Source: Mobula hypostoma (taxonomy: Eukaryota). Taken from it: 64,000 nt of DNA. Numbering within the stretch: the first letter of the stretch is position 1; each line of letters opens with the position of its first letter. A program made the translations under genes and the position numbers. This document shows positions 63,657 through 64,000 of the stretch, piece after piece. The stretch is from contig NC_086109.1 of the NCBI RefSeq assembly GCF_963921235.1, forward strand, positions 33,482,001-33,546,000, read 5' to 3'. The notes beneath the pieces were generated by a model. That model did no database searches and was not told where the DNA came from. It was given only the letters and a program-made list of their open reading frames with translations.

Positions 63657-63949
63657 AGCAACACACACAAAATGCTGGAGGAACTCAGCAGGCCAGGCTG
63701 CGTCTATGGAAAAGAGTACAGTTGACATTTTGGGCCAAGACCCTTCAGTAGGACTGGAGACAAAAAAAAAAGATGAGGGGTAGAGTTAAACCTTTTTTGT
63801 TTACAGGTGTTTTTCTCCTGTCCTGCTGAAGGCTATCAGCCAAAACCTCGGCTGTACTCTGCTCCATAGATGCTGCCTGGCCTGCTGAGTTCCTTCAGCA
63901 TTTTGTGTGTGTTGCTTGGATTTCCAGCATTTGCAGATTTTCTCTTGTT
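63657..63949. mobile_element. PLE-derived palindromic element with ~95-bp arms and ~65-bp spacer
   Basis: gcaacacacacaaaatgctggaggaactcagcaggccagg... versus ...cctggcctgctgagttccttcagcattttgtgtgtgttgc. Confidence 0.8.
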
Positions 63950-64000
63950 AGTAAAAGAGAGCCCATCTATTACTTCAAGATCTAACTGAAATATAGCACT

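Noticed and set aside
1..64000. CRISPR array, prokaryotic operon, retron, tRNA or rRNA genes
   Set aside because: No regularly spaced repeats, operon structure or cloverleaf/rRNA signatures. All RTs belong to eukaryotic retroelement families, and the tRNA-complementary stretches are primer-binding sites.

Overview
Eukaryotic, AT-rich sequence made up mostly of nested and decayed transposable elements. The repeat landscape suggests a vertebrate, probably a cartilaginous fish such as a ray or skate; this is inference only. No host protein-coding gene, rRNA, tRNA or CRISPR array can be supported. Near-full-length elements: a Nimb/I-clade LINE with RNase H (6474-11849), an L1 (15451-20785), a young CR1 with an SGNH-esterase ORF1 remnant (~54920-58482), a hAT transposon (41082-43602), and a PNMA-like-gag Gypsy element whose 5' LTR contains that hAT (40853-48300). 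Also present: three Penelope-like elements (PLEs), two inverted copies of a second Gypsy family, a sushi-like pol fragment, solo LTRs, and many Rex1, CR1, RTE and L2 fragments. The most interesting signal is a complete minimal type-I hammerhead ribozyme motif at the 3' end of a Neptune-type PLE (29062-29099). The same PLE end also forms short palindromic non-autonomous elements with one hammerhead core on each strand: one young copy with a 14-bp target-site duplication (TSD) at 35211-35440 and four older copies. A CpG- and motif-rich unique island at about 3.4-4.4 kb may be a host promoter.
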